Assembly (NCBI RefSeq): GCF_949292005.1
Contig: NZ_CASEXV010000025.1
Span: 51,186 to 115,185, forward strand
Reading direction: 5' to 3'
Source of the DNA: an uncultured Bifidobacterium sp.
Lineage (GTDB): Bacteria; Actinomycetota; Actinomycetes; Actinomycetales; Bifidobacteriaceae
Length of the DNA: 64,000 bases
Positions 10,350-20,479 of the stretch are shown one piece after another. Both the position numbers and the translations under genes were made by a program. How positions within the stretch are numbered: position 1 is the first letter of the stretch; every line of letters starts with the position of its first letter. A model generated the notes under the pieces. It saw only the letters and a program-made list of their open reading frames with translations, made no database searches and was not told the origin of the DNA.

Positions 10350-11266
10350 GACCACGATTTGTCGTGTCGGAGATATGGACCAGCTTCACCCGCAACATTC
10401 CGATGATTCTGTCGGTGACATTGGTCACGTTCATCTCGTTTCTTTTCATCGGCGCGTCCGGGCTTCTTCAACTGCAGATAGTCAAGGCGAAGGGTGACTG
10501 GTACGACAAGGTCGAGGTCGTCGTTTGGCTGTGTCCGGACGGGACGAGCCAGTCGGCGAATTGCACCGGAAGCGCGGCCACCGCCGCCCAGATCACTGAT
10601 CTGGAGAAGACAATCAGGGATGAGCTGTCATCCGACGTCGCAAAAACCACGTTCATGAGCAAGGGGGAGTTCTACAAGAACTCCTTCCTCAAGCAGTACC
10701 CCGACGGCGAGTTTCAGGGACGGACGCTCACTGCCAGCGATATGCAGGACTCCCTGTGGTTGAAGCTGAAGAATCCCGAAAGATACAAGGTCGTCGCCGA
10801 AGTCCTGTCCGGCAGGGAGGGGGTCGAGGAGGTCAGCGACCAGCGGCAGATATTCGAACCGGTATTCACCGTGTTGAACAAGGCCACCGTCGTGACCATC
10901 GCGCTGGCGGTGGTGATGGTGGTGGTGGCGATTATGCTCACCGGCACCACGATTCGGATGTCCGCGGCATCCCGGCGGCAGGAGACCGAGATCATGCGGC
11001 TTGTGGGCGCTTCGAATTGGACGATACGGCTGCCGTTCATCCTCGAGGGGGCCATCGCATCGATTCTCGGATCGGTGCTGTCCTGCGTGACATTGGCTGT
11101 GGTTGTCAAAGTGTTCATCACGGATTGGCTGGTGGACAACATCTCATGGATGCCGTTCGTTGACCAGACGACTGTATGGACCATATCTCCTATCATCATC
11201 GGTGGCGCGGCGGTTCTGTCAATAGCCACCTCGTCGATCGCGTTGCGGCGGTATCTGCGGGCATGA
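10346..11266 (+). CDS. ftsX: Cell division permease
   Basis: Four-TM layout with a large extracellular loop, RRQETEIMRLVGAS-x-W-x-IRLPF; ATGA overlap with ftsE. Confidence 0.93.
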   Translation: MRPRFVVSEIWTSFTRNIPMILSVTLVTFISFLFIGASGLLQLQIVKAKGDWYDKVEVVVWLCPDGTSQSANCTGSAATAAQITDLEKTIRDELSSDVAKTTFMSKGEFYKNSFLKQYPDGEFQGRTLTASDMQDSLWLKLKNPERYKVVAEVLSGREGVEEVSDQRQIFEPVFTVLNKATVVTIALAVVMVVVAIMLTGTTIRMSAASRRQETEIMRLVGASNWTIRLPFILEGAIASILGSVLSCVTLAVVVKVFITDWLVDNISWMPFVDQTTVWTISPIIIGGAAVLSIATSSIALRRYLRA

Positions 11267-11348
11267 TTCCATTCATCCCGTGTCTTAGGACGGACACCGC
11301 CTGCTATCGTGGGTGTCACTGACGCAGCTATGGAAAGGAACCCCATCA

Positions 11349-12734
11349 ATGATGAAGGGACGAACCTTGTCGGCGGCGATCGCCGCGGGAATCGTGTGCC
11401 TGGGACTCGTTATCCCACCCCTTGCGATGGATGCGCAGCCGGCCTACGCCATCTCCTATAGCGATCTGCAGAGCGCGAAGAACAGCAAGGCAAGCAGCAC
11501 CGCGCGTGAGGAGGAGCTTCGTTCCCAGCTGTCGGGTGTGAAATCCGATCTCGCGGACAAGATCGTGGAGCTGGATGACATCACCAACACACAGATTCCG
11601 GCTGCGCAAAAGAAGGTGACCGCCGCGAATGAGGCGGCCGCCGCCGCGCAGGCCGAGGCGAAAGCGGCAGCCCAGCGGCTTGCCGCGGCGCAAAAAGACA
11701 AGACGAATCTGGAGAAGAGCATCGCCAAGACCGGTGTGGACTACGACGATGCGAAGGCCGCCGTCGCCCAGATGGCACGTCAGGATATGCGCGGATCCGA
11801 CGCTTCGGACATGATGAGCATCGTCACGGGTTCCACAAGCACCAAGGATTTCATCAGCTCGATGCAATCCAAGGACGCCCTCTCCCGCAATGAGTCCAAC
11901 GCGGCCAGCGACGCCGCCACCACGCTGAGTGTCTCCATGAACCGTGCCCAGCGCCTCGCCGCCATCGAGAAGCGTATCTCCACCCTGAAAACGGCGGCGG
12001 ACACCAAGGCCGCGGCGGCGAAAGCGTCCGCGGAGCAGGCGCAGAGCGAAAGGGCCAATCTTGACGTCCTCCGGCAGAAGGGCGAGGCGGCCAGGGCTGA
12101 GCTGGAATCCCAACAGAGCCAAATCACAAGCGCAGTAGCGGCTCAGGCCGCCAAGACCCTCATGCTTGAGTCGCAACTTGACTCATACAACCGTCAGTAC
12201 GCCGCCCAGCAGGCGGCCGCGGCGGCCAAGGTCGATAACGGGAAGCAGGGGTCGACGGATTCGTCGTCAAATGGCTCGTCCAGTGGTGGTTCCTCGGGTG
12301 GTGGCTCGTCGAACGGTGGTTCCTCGTCGAACGGTGGTTCCTCGGGTGGTGGCTCGTCGAACGGTGGATCCTCGAGTCAGGGCACATCGAACGGCGATTA
12401 CGGCAACGCCTATGTCGCGGGGCAATGCACCTGGTGGGCGTATGACCGCCGTCGTCAGATGGGAATATCGACGCCCTCGTATCTGGGCAACGGCGGACAG
12501 TGGTGGGCGACTGCGCCGAACTACGGTCTCGTCGTGAACCACACGCCTCAGGTGGGGGCGGCCATATCCTTCCTTCCCGGACAGTTGAACGCGGACAGCA
12601 CCTATGGACATGTCGGCGTGGTGGAAAGCGTGTCCGGCAACACCATCACGATCTCCGAAATGAACTACAAGGGGCCATTCATCGTCAGCCCCAGGACGAT
12701 CTCCAACGCGTCCCAGTATTGGTATGTGCACTGA
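11349..12734 (+). CDS. Secreted coiled-coil + CHAP peptidoglycan hydrolase (PcsB/RipC-like FtsEX partner)
   Basis: Signal peptide, long Ala-rich coiled coil, G/S linker, CHAP motifs GQCTWWA, YGHVGVVE, ISEMN. Confidence 0.9.
   Translation: MMKGRTLSAAIAAGIVCLGLVIPPLAMDAQPAYAISYSDLQSAKNSKASSTAREEELRSQLSGVKSDLADKIVELDDITNTQIPAAQKKVTAANEAAAAAQAEAKAAAQRLAAAQKDKTNLEKSIAKTGVDYDDAKAAVAQMARQDMRGSDASDMMSIVTGSTSTKDFISSMQSKDALSRNESNAASDAATTLSVSMNRAQRLAAIEKRISTLKTAADTKAAAAKASAEQAQSERANLDVLRQKGEAARAELESQQSQITSAVAAQAAKTLMLESQLDSYNRQYAAQQAAAAAKVDNGKQGSTDSSSNGSSSGGSSGGGSSNGGSSSNGGSSGGGSSNGGSSSQGTSNGDYGNAYVAGQCTWWAYDRRRQMGISTPSYLGNGGQWWATAPNYGLVVNHTPQVGAAISFLPGQLNADSTYGHVGVVESVSGNTITISEMNYKGPFIVSPRTISNASQYWYVH
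12270..12375 (+). repeat. Imperfect tandem repeats encoding a Ser/Gly linker
   Basis: Repeated GGTGGTTCCTCG / GGTGGCTCGTCGAAC units giving SSNGGSSGGG. Confidence 0.85.
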
Positions 12735-12773
12735 CGCGCGCTGAGAATCGGAATCGAGGAAGAGGAAGCAATC

Positions 12774-13250
12774 ATGGCAAGGGAGCGGGGGACGTCGCAG
12801 ATAGCCCAGAACCGCAAGGCGAGGCATGATTTCGATATCCTCGAACGCCTCGAGGCTGGGCTGAGCCTGACCGGGACGGAGGTGAAGTCGTTGCGTGAGG
12901 GACGGGCCTCGCTCGCCGAGTCCTTCGTCTCCATAGACAGGCGTGGCGAGATGTGGCTTGAGGGGGCGAACATCCCCGAGTATCTCAATGGCACGTGGAC
13001 CAACCACGCTCCACGCAGAAAGAGGAAGCTCCTTCTCCACTCGGCGCAGATCGTCAAGCTTTCCCGACAGGTCGAGGCCAAGGGTGTCACAATTGTCCCC
13101 CTCAGTCTGTACTTCAAGGACGGTCTGGTGAAGGTCGAGATCGCGGTGGCGCGGGGTCGGCGCGAATACGACAAGCGGCAGGCCCTTCGTGAGCGTCAGG
13201 ACAACCGTGAGGCTCAGAGGGCCATGAGGCAGCGCAACCTCGAAGCGTGA
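12774..13250 (+). CDS. smpB: SsrA-binding protein
   Basis: [39 protein letters not shown]. Confidence 0.97.
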   Translation: MARERGTSQIAQNRKARHDFDILERLEAGLSLTGTEVKSLREGRASLAESFVSIDRRGEMWLEGANIPEYLNGTWTNHAPRRKRKLLLHSAQIVKLSRQVEAKGVTIVPLSLYFKDGLVKVEIAVARGRREYDKRQALRERQDNREAQRAMRQRNLEA

Positions 13251-13455
13251 AAGCCGTCTTCTCCATATGAGAACCGCGTCGCCAGACCAGACGGTCGTGG
13301 AACGTCCGTCGAGTGAGACCGGGGAGCCGCACCGGGTTACCTGGTCGTAGCATAAGCCTTCTAGTGTCCCCACTGCACGGTCGGCGGAGGGACCAGAAGG
13401 TTCCGACCGGGTCCGAAGGACTTCGACCGAGGCGTCAGAGGAGAGAGAGGACAAT

Positions 13456-14382
13456 ATGAGGTTCACACGAGCGACCAGAACGGCCGCCGCCATCATCAGC
13501 TCGGTGGCGCTGGTGTCTTTGGCGGGTTGCGGGACAAGCGATTCATCGACATCGTCCTCCTCGTCATCGGGGACCACTCAGGGCTATGACGTCAGTTCGG
13601 TGAGCAAGGACTCGTCCATCGCCGCGCTGTTGCCGAAGTCGGTGACGGAGGACGGCAAACTCACCGTGGGAACGGACACGTCCTACGCGCCTGCCGAATT
13701 CCTCGCCGAGGATGGCAAAACCGCGGTCGGCTTCGATGTCGACCTTACCAAGGCCATAGCGGCGGTGTTCGGCCTCAAGGCAGTGACGGTGTCGTCGACC
13801 TTCGATTCCATTCTTCCGTCCGTGGGCAGCAAATACGATCTGGGGATATCCTCCTTCACCGTGACGAAGGAGCGGATGGACGCCGTCGATTTCGTCACAT
13901 ACTTCCAGGCCGGATCCACGTATGTGGTGAAGAAGGACAATCCAAGCAAGGTCGACACCGGCGATCTTTGCGGAGTCAAAGTGGCGGTGCAGACCGGCAC
14001 GACCCAGGAGGGGGAGGCCAACAAGGCCAGCGCCGCATGCAAGAAGGCTGGGAAGACGGCCATCGACGTTCTGTCGTACAAGATGCAGACCGATGTGACC
14101 ACCGCCGTCGTGACGGGGAAGGCCGCAGTGTTCTATGCCGATTCGCCCGTGGCGGGCTACGCGATCAAACAGACCGACGACCAGCTTGAATCCCTTGGCG
14201 ACCAGACGGGTGTGGCGCCGGAGGCCGTGGCGGTGAAGAAGGGCGACGACGCCACGGCGAAGGCCGTCCAGAAGGCCGTCCAGAAGCTTATCGACGACGG
14301 AACATACAAGAAGATCCTCAGCACGTGGGGCGTTGAATCGGGCGCGATCGCCACGTCCCAGATCAATCCCACGGTGGACTGA
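13456..14382 (+). CDS. Polar amino acid ABC transporter substrate-binding lipoprotein
   Basis: Lipobox LAGC; SYAPAEF, GFDVDL, ISSFTVTKER, VQTGTTQE. Confidence 0.9.
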   Translation: MRFTRATRTAAAIISSVALVSLAGCGTSDSSTSSSSSSGTTQGYDVSSVSKDSSIAALLPKSVTEDGKLTVGTDTSYAPAEFLAEDGKTAVGFDVDLTKAIAAVFGLKAVTVSSTFDSILPSVGSKYDLGISSFTVTKERMDAVDFVTYFQAGSTYVVKKDNPSKVDTGDLCGVKVAVQTGTTQEGEANKASAACKKAGKTAIDVLSYKMQTDVTTAVVTGKAAVFYADSPVAGYAIKQTDDQLESLGDQTGVAPEAVAVKKGDDATAKAVQKAVQKLIDDGTYKKILSTWGVESGAIATSQINPTVD

Positions 14383-14426
14383 CAGGCGGCCCGCGGTTAT
14401 GGGCCCACGAATCGAAAGGTGAGATC

Positions 14427-15416
14427 ATGTCACAGCGCGACGACGATTCCTCCGACATGCCAGAACGAATCGAGGCTCTTCCGGTCAGACGGCCGGGTCC
14501 TCTGGTCGCCGGAGTCATCGTCGCGTTGCTTGCGGCCATGCTCATCAAGGGCATGATCACCAATGACCGCCTTGATTGGCCGACCGTCTGGCGGTATCTG
14601 TTCAACGAGAACGTTCTCGCGAGCATCGGTTGGACGCTTATCCTCACCGTGGTCTCGATGGTGATCGCCATCATCCTCGCGGTGACCTTGGCGGTGATGC
14701 GCAAATCCATCAACCCGGTGCTGCGCGGCGTGAGCTGGTTCTATATCTGGTTCTTCCGTGGGACCCCCGTCTACACCCAGCTGATCTTCTGGGGGCTTTT
14801 CGCGGTTCTAGTGCCGCAGATATCCTTTGGCGTTCCCTTCACCGACATCACCTGGTGGTCCTTCTCGACGGATTCTCTCAGCAATGTCATCGAGCAGGGA
14901 TTCATGGCGGCGGTCGTGGGTCTCGCGCTTAACGAGGCGGCCTATCTCGCGGAGATCGTCCGCGCCGGATTGGAGGCCGTCGACCCAGGCCAGGCCGAGG
15001 CCGCGAAGGCCCTGGGCATGCGGCGTTCGCTGATCATGCGTCGCATCATCCTTCCCCAGGCGATGCGGATCATCGTGCCGCCCACAGGAAACGAGACCAT
15101 CGGCATGCTCAAGACCACCTCACTGGTCATGGCCGTGCCGTTCAGCCTCGAACTGCAGTTCGCGACCAACGCCATAGCCAACCGCATATACAAGCCGATA
15201 CCCCTGCTCATCGTCGCCTGCATCTGGTACCTCCTGATCACCACTGTGCTGATGGTCGGCCAGGCGTATCTCGAGCGTCATTTCGGTAAGGGATTCGATC
15301 AGCGCCCTATCGGGGTACGGGGCAAGAAGACCCCACTCCCAGGGAAAACCGTTGGGGAGCACAAGGATGACACCGGAAAGACCAATCAGGCCACCTTCGT
15401 GGGTCTGAATGCGTAA
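14427..15416 (+). CDS. Polar amino acid ABC transporter permease
   Basis: FFRGTP, NEAAYLAEIVRAGL, GQAEAAKALGM (EAA loop), LKTTSL. Confidence 0.92.
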   Translation: MSQRDDDSSDMPERIEALPVRRPGPLVAGVIVALLAAMLIKGMITNDRLDWPTVWRYLFNENVLASIGWTLILTVVSMVIAIILAVTLAVMRKSINPVLRGVSWFYIWFFRGTPVYTQLIFWGLFAVLVPQISFGVPFTDITWWSFSTDSLSNVIEQGFMAAVVGLALNEAAYLAEIVRAGLEAVDPGQAEAAKALGMRRSLIMRRIILPQAMRIIVPPTGNETIGMLKTTSLVMAVPFSLELQFATNAIANRIYKPIPLLIVACIWYLLITTVLMVGQAYLERHFGKGFDQRPIGVRGKKTPLPGKTVGEHKDDTGKTNQATFVGLNA

Positions 15417-15429
15417 GTGAGGCGAGACG

Positions 15430-16236
15430 ATGACGACACAGGACATAAGCGGCGTCCCCATGGAGAGGATTCCCGCGGTGAAAGCCACGGGCGTGCACAA
15501 GGTTTTCGGCGACCTGCACGTTCTCAAGGGCATCGATGTGACCGTCATGCCCGGAAGCGTGACCGTGATACTGGGACCCTCGGGGTCAGGGAAGTCGACG
15601 TTTCTGCGCCTCATCAACCAGTTGGAGACGCTCACGGCGGGGCGCATCGAGGTCGACGGCGAGCTTGTCGGATACAGGACCGTGAGCCGCAATGGCCGTG
15701 ACATGCTCCAGCGTCTGGATGATGGTCAGATCGCCCGCCAGCGGTCGAAGCTGGGCATGGTGTTCCAGCGGTTCAACCTTTTTCCGCATATGACGGCTTT
15801 GGAGAATGTGATGGAGGCTCCCGTCCACGTTCTGCGCATGTCCAAGGCGGACGCTCGGAACCGGGCGATCGAGGAGCTGTCGCGGGTGGGACTTGAGGAC
15901 CGTATCGACCATTACCCCATGCAGCTTTCCGGCGGTCAGCAGCAACGGGTCGCCATCGCGAGGGCTTTGGCGATGAAGCCCGAGATCATGCTTTTCGATG
16001 AGCCGACGTCGGCTTTGGATCCCGAATTGGTGGGAGAGGTCCTTTCCGTGATGCGCTCGCTGGCGTCGCAGGGCATGACGATGATCGTCGTCACGCACGA
16101 GATCGGATTCGCTCGGGAAGTGGCCGACCAAGTGGTGTTCATGGACGGTGGTCTGGTCGTCGAAAAGGGAGGTTCCGACATCATCGACCACCCATCCGAG
16201 CCGAGGTTCCAGGATTTCCTCCATCATGTGCTCTGA
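15430..16236 (+). CDS. Polar amino acid ABC transporter ATPase
   Basis: [45 protein letters not shown]. Confidence 0.95.
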   Translation: MTTQDISGVPMERIPAVKATGVHKVFGDLHVLKGIDVTVMPGSVTVILGPSGSGKSTFLRLINQLETLTAGRIEVDGELVGYRTVSRNGRDMLQRLDDGQIARQRSKLGMVFQRFNLFPHMTALENVMEAPVHVLRMSKADARNRAIEELSRVGLEDRIDHYPMQLSGGQQQRVAIARALAMKPEIMLFDEPTSALDPELVGEVLSVMRSLASQGMTMIVVTHEIGFAREVADQVVFMDGGLVVEKGGSDIIDHPSEPRFQDFLHHVL

Positions 16237-16354
16237 TGCATGCGTGGACCGGAGCTTGTACGATGTCCGTCGGTGCGCGGAATCTACGCGGGTCGTGTAA
16301 AGGTCGGCGCGTCATGGGGTGGTCTGCAATACGCCTCGCATAGACTGTGTGGCT

Positions 16355-18244
16355 ATGTGCGGAATAGTGGGATACGCCGGATCCGGACCGGCCTGTGGCA
16401 AGCCGTTGGACGTGTGCATGCAGGGTCTGCGGCGGTTGGAATATCGGGGTTATGATTCGGCCGGCGTGGCGTTGGCTGCCCCAGGCATGGATCAGATCGT
16501 CGTGCGCAAAAAGGCCGGACGGCTGTCCAACCTTGAGGCGGCGATCGCGGCTCATCCCCTTCCCGACGCGACGGTGGGGATCGGACACACCCGATGGGCC
16601 ACCAATGGCGCACCTGTGGATGTCAACGCGCATCCCCATGTGAGCGAGGATGGCCATATCGCCATCATCCACAATGGAATCATCGAGAACGCGAATTCCC
16701 TGAAATTTGATTTGCAGACTGAAGGATACGTGTTCTCCTCCGGTACGGACACCGAGGTGGCTGCGAAGCTTCTGGGCAAGATAGCCAACGAGATCATTGA
16801 GGAGACCGGCCGTCCGGATCTTTTCGAGGCCTTGAGGAGGCTGGCGCGCATGCTCACCGGCGCTTTCACGATTCTCGCCGAGGATGTGCGCCAGCCGGAT
16901 ATCGTGGTGGGCGCCAGACACGACTCGCCTTTGGTGGTGGGGCTGGGCGAGGGGGAGAACTTCCTCGGATCCGACGTGGCGGCGTTCGTGGCCTACACGA
17001 AAAGCGCTCTGGAGCTGGGACAGGATCAGGCGGTCTGCATCAGCGGGGATTCCGTTATGGTGACCGATTTCGACGGCAACGTGGTCAACGACGGCAACCG
17101 CTTCACCGTGGATTGGGACGCGTCGGCGGCGGAGAAGGGCGGATGGCCATCGTTCATGGATAAGGAGATCCATGAGGAGCCCGAGGCCGTCTCCAACACA
17201 CTTCTCGGTCGCTTCGACTCCAAAGGGGACATCGTTCTTGACGAGGTTCGGATCGAGCCGGAGGTGCTGCGTTCCATCGACCGCATCGTGGTCGTCGCCT
17301 GTGGCACGGCAAGCTACGCGGGGCTGGTGGCTCGGTACGCGATCGAACATTGGGTCCGCATCCCAGTGGAGGTGGAGCTGGCGCACGAGTTCCGCTACCG
17401 CGATCCCATACTGACGCCGAGAACGCTCGTCGTCGCCATCTCGCAGTCGGGCGAGACCATGGACACTCTGATGGCCATACGTCATGCGCGGGAGCAGGGG
17501 TCCCGCGTGCTTGCGATCTGCAACACCCAGGGAGCGACGATCCCTCGTGAGTCGGATGCGGTCCTCTACACCCACGCCGGCCCCGAGATCGCCGTAGCCT
17601 CGACCAAGGCCTTTGTGGCGCAGATAGTCGCGGCCTATCTACTGGGGTTGTATTTCGCGCAGATCAAGGGAACGATGTTCCGCGATGAGATCCACCACAT
17701 CGTGCAGCAGCTGCGCTCCATGCCCAAGAAGATCCAATGGGTTCTGGACACCCAGAGCGGGGCTGTGGAACGTACGGCCGAGCATATGGTCAACGCCAAG
17801 TCGTTCCTGTTCCTCGGCCGCCACGTCGGCTATCCCGTTGCCTTGGAGGGCGCGCTGAAGCTCAAGGAGATCGCATACACCTTCACCGAGGGTTTCGCAG
17901 CGGGCGAGCTCAAGCACGGGCCGATCGCCCTTGTGGACTCGGGTGAGCCGGTCGTGGTGATAGTTCCCTCGTCGCGGGGCCGTTCCGTGCTCCACAACAA
18001 AGTGATCTCCGGAATCGAGGAGGTCAAGGCGCGTGGGGCGTACACGATCGTCGTCGCAGAGGAAGGCGACCCCGATGCCGAGAGATATGCCGACGCCGTC
18101 TTCTGGAGGCCTGTGTGCACCACTCTTCTCAGTCCTCTGGTGGACGTCGTTCCGTTGCAGCTTTTCGCCATGGATATGGCCATGCTCAAAGGATTCGACG
18201 TGGACAAACCCCGGAATCTCGCCAAATCCGTGACAGTCGAATAG
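16355..18244 (+). CDS. glmS: Glutamine-fructose-6-phosphate transaminase
   Basis: N-terminal MCGIVG, LEYRGYDSAG, GHTRWAT, C-terminal PRNLAKSVTVE. Confidence 0.98.
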   Translation: MCGIVGYAGSGPACGKPLDVCMQGLRRLEYRGYDSAGVALAAPGMDQIVVRKKAGRLSNLEAAIAAHPLPDATVGIGHTRWATNGAPVDVNAHPHVSEDGHIAIIHNGIIENANSLKFDLQTEGYVFSSGTDTEVAAKLLGKIANEIIEETGRPDLFEALRRLARMLTGAFTILAEDVRQPDIVVGARHDSPLVVGLGEGENFLGSDVAAFVAYTKSALELGQDQAVCISGDSVMVTDFDGNVVNDGNRFTVDWDASAAEKGGWPSFMDKEIHEEPEAVSNTLLGRFDSKGDIVLDEVRIEPEVLRSIDRIVVVACGTASYAGLVARYAIEHWVRIPVEVELAHEFRYRDPILTPRTLVVAISQSGETMDTLMAIRHAREQGSRVLAICNTQGATIPRESDAVLYTHAGPEIAVASTKAFVAQIVAAYLLGLYFAQIKGTMFRDEIHHIVQQLRSMPKKIQWVLDTQSGAVERTAEHMVNAKSFLFLGRHVGYPVALEGALKLKEIAYTFTEGFAAGELKHGPIALVDSGEPVVVIVPSSRGRSVLHNKVISGIEEVKARGAYTIVVAEEGDPDAERYADAVFWRPVCTTLLSPLVDVVPLQLFAMDMAMLKGFDVDKPRNLAKSVTVE

Positions 18245-18250
18245 CGCCGT

Positions 18251-19015
18251 GTGATGGTGGAGCGACGTCACCGCTGGGTGGTCTCGGAGCCGGACATCCC
18301 CTTTCCGCTGGATGTCGTCTTCGAGGATGAGCGGATCATCGTCGTCGACAAGCCGCATTTCCTCGCCACAACCCCCCGTGGGATGTGGTATTCGCAGACC
18401 GCGCTGATCCGTCTCAGGACGGCGTTCGGGGAGCCCCTTATCACCCCGGCCCATCGTCTTGACCGCGCCACTGCGGGAATCGTCGTGTTCGTCCGAGACC
18501 CCGCGAGCAGGGGAGCCTACCAGACGCTTTTTCAGAATCACCGCGTGTCCAAGACGTATGAGTGTCTTGCGCCGGCCGGTCCGGTGGGAAGGGTTGAGCA
18601 TGGGGAGGCGAACAGGTTGAGCGAAGGCGCGGATTTTCCCCTGCTTCGGCGGTCGCATATCGTCAAAACCCGCGGAGTCATACAGGCTTTCGAGGATGAT
18701 GGCCATCCCGACTGCGAGACGCGCATCGACATCGACGGCGGACGCTCGCCAGTGGCGGGCATGCGGCGCTACCGTCTCAGCCCACATACCGGGAAAACCC
18801 ATCAGTTGAGGGTTCATATGTGCTCGTTGGGATTGCCGATCATGAACGATGATCTTTACCCGGTCATCCGTGACTGCCCGTATGATGACTTTAGCAATCC
18901 TCTCCAACTGGTCGCGCGGTCGCTGTCCTTCGTGGATCCCTTCAGCGGACAGACGCGGTTGTTCGTGTCGCGCATACCATTGGATGGCGTCTCGGCCGCG
19001 AGACAGGGATCGTGA
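18251..19015 (+). CDS. RluA-family pseudouridine synthase
   Basis: VVDKPHFL, HRLD catalytic motif, TGKTHQLRVH. Confidence 0.9.
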   Translation: MMVERRHRWVVSEPDIPFPLDVVFEDERIIVVDKPHFLATTPRGMWYSQTALIRLRTAFGEPLITPAHRLDRATAGIVVFVRDPASRGAYQTLFQNHRVSKTYECLAPAGPVGRVEHGEANRLSEGADFPLLRRSHIVKTRGVIQAFEDDGHPDCETRIDIDGGRSPVAGMRRYRLSPHTGKTHQLRVHMCSLGLPIMNDDLYPVIRDCPYDDFSNPLQLVARSLSFVDPFSGQTRLFVSRIPLDGVSAARQGS

Positions 19016-19024
19016 GGATTACGG

Positions 19025-20425
19025 ATGATGTCCTGGAGGAGGATGCCCGTGCGATGGTGCCGTGTCGTCATCTCATGCCTCGCGTGCATGGTGTTGCTTG
19101 TGGCGGCGGGGTGTGGCTCCACCGACACACGGACGGTCATCACGGTGTGGTCGTGGGAGCCAAGCATGTCCACCGTCGCCCGAAATTTCGAAAAAAGCAA
19201 TCCCGACATCCGCGTGGTGGTCAAATCCACGAGCGGCTACGAGAATCTCAACACGGCCATACAGAACGGCTATGGTCTGCCGGATGTGGTCCAACTCGAG
19301 TATTATGCGCTTCCGCAGTACGCGGTGAGCGGGCAGTTGCTGGACATCACCTCTCGCGTGTCGGGAATGAAGAGCTTCTACACGCCGGGGACCTGGTCAT
19401 CGGTCACACTCAACCACGAGGTCTATGGGTTGCCCATGGATTCGGGGCCCATGGCCTTCTTCTACAACAAGTCGGTTTTCGAGCAGGCCGGAATTGACGC
19501 ATCGGCGATCAAAACCTGGGACGAGTACTACCAGGCGGCGAAGAAGCTGAAATCCATTGGTGTCTACATCGCGGCCGACGCAGGCGACGCGAGCTTCTTC
19601 AACGCCATGGTCTGGCTGTCCGGAGGGCAGCCCTTCCACACGTCCGACGATGGAAAGACCGTCACGGTTAACCTCACGTCTGATGCGGGGACGCGGACCT
19701 TCGCCAAGTTCTGGCAGAAGATGATCGATGAGGGGCTTGTGGACACCAGCGTCAAAACGTGGTCCGACGATTGGAAGAAGGCACTGGGAGATGGGACCGT
19801 GGCCTCCGTTTTCGCGGGGGCATGGATGCCATCCCTGCTGCTGGCCGACGTTCCCGGAACGGCTGGATTGTGGAGGGTCACGACGATGCCCACCAAGGAT
19901 GGCTCCACGGCCAACTCCGAGAACGGCGGGTCGGCGCTGGCCGTTCTTCGATCCACCCGCAAGCCGGATGCCGCCTATCGTTTTGTGGAGTATATCTGCC
20001 ATAATCGCCAGGGGATTGCCACCAGAGTCGCCGGTGGGGCGTTCCCTGCGGATACCGCCACTTTGGGCAGCTCCGCTTTCCTCGGCAAGACGACGGTGAC
20101 GGACTCTCGCGGTCTGGAGATCCCGTATTTCGGGGGGCAGGAGTTCAATCGCGTTCTGTCGCAGGCGGCCGACGATGTGTCCGTCCGTTACCAGTACCTG
20201 CCCTTCGAGGTCTATGCGCGTGGGGATTTCCGTTCGACTGTGGGGACGGCGTATCAATGGTCGAAGGCCAAAATCGCTTTCGACGAGGCCAGCTCCGACT
20301 CATCCGACGGTTCGTCGTCCACCGCAAGCAATCCGGGGAAGAAGGTGACGTTGATGGATGGCGTCGCCTTGTGGGAGAAGGACCTCGTCGAATATGGAAC
20401 CAATCAGGGATTCACCATGCGCTGA
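19025..20425 (+). CDS. Carbohydrate ABC transporter substrate-binding lipoprotein (no neighbouring permease)
   Basis: Lipobox AAGC, PDVVQLEY, YGLPMDSGPMAFFYNK, TWDEY, GGSALAV. Confidence 0.88.
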   Translation: MMSWRRMPVRWCRVVISCLACMVLLVAAGCGSTDTRTVITVWSWEPSMSTVARNFEKSNPDIRVVVKSTSGYENLNTAIQNGYGLPDVVQLEYYALPQYAVSGQLLDITSRVSGMKSFYTPGTWSSVTLNHEVYGLPMDSGPMAFFYNKSVFEQAGIDASAIKTWDEYYQAAKKLKSIGVYIAADAGDASFFNAMVWLSGGQPFHTSDDGKTVTVNLTSDAGTRTFAKFWQKMIDEGLVDTSVKTWSDDWKKALGDGTVASVFAGAWMPSLLLADVPGTAGLWRVTTMPTKDGSTANSENGGSALAVLRSTRKPDAAYRFVEYICHNRQGIATRVAGGAFPADTATLGSSAFLGKTTVTDSRGLEIPYFGGQEFNRVLSQAADDVSVRYQYLPFEVYARGDFRSTVGTAYQWSKAKIAFDEASSDSSDGSSSTASNPGKKVTLMDGVALWEKDLVEYGTNQGFTMR

Positions 20426-20479
20426 CCTCGCCTGCCCTGATTCTCCACGGGTCGTGCGGTTGCGTCGGGGGTATCGGCC

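Noticed and set aside
12270-12375. CRISPR-like repeats
   Set aside because: In-frame coding repeats with no unique spacers and no cas genes.
13251-13455. tmRNA next to smpB
   Set aside because: Too short, and lacks the GGGG 5' end and tRNA-like TTCGA...CCA 3' end.
16237-16354. glmS ribozyme
   Set aside because: No recognisable core, and a -10 box sits 8 nt before the ATG.
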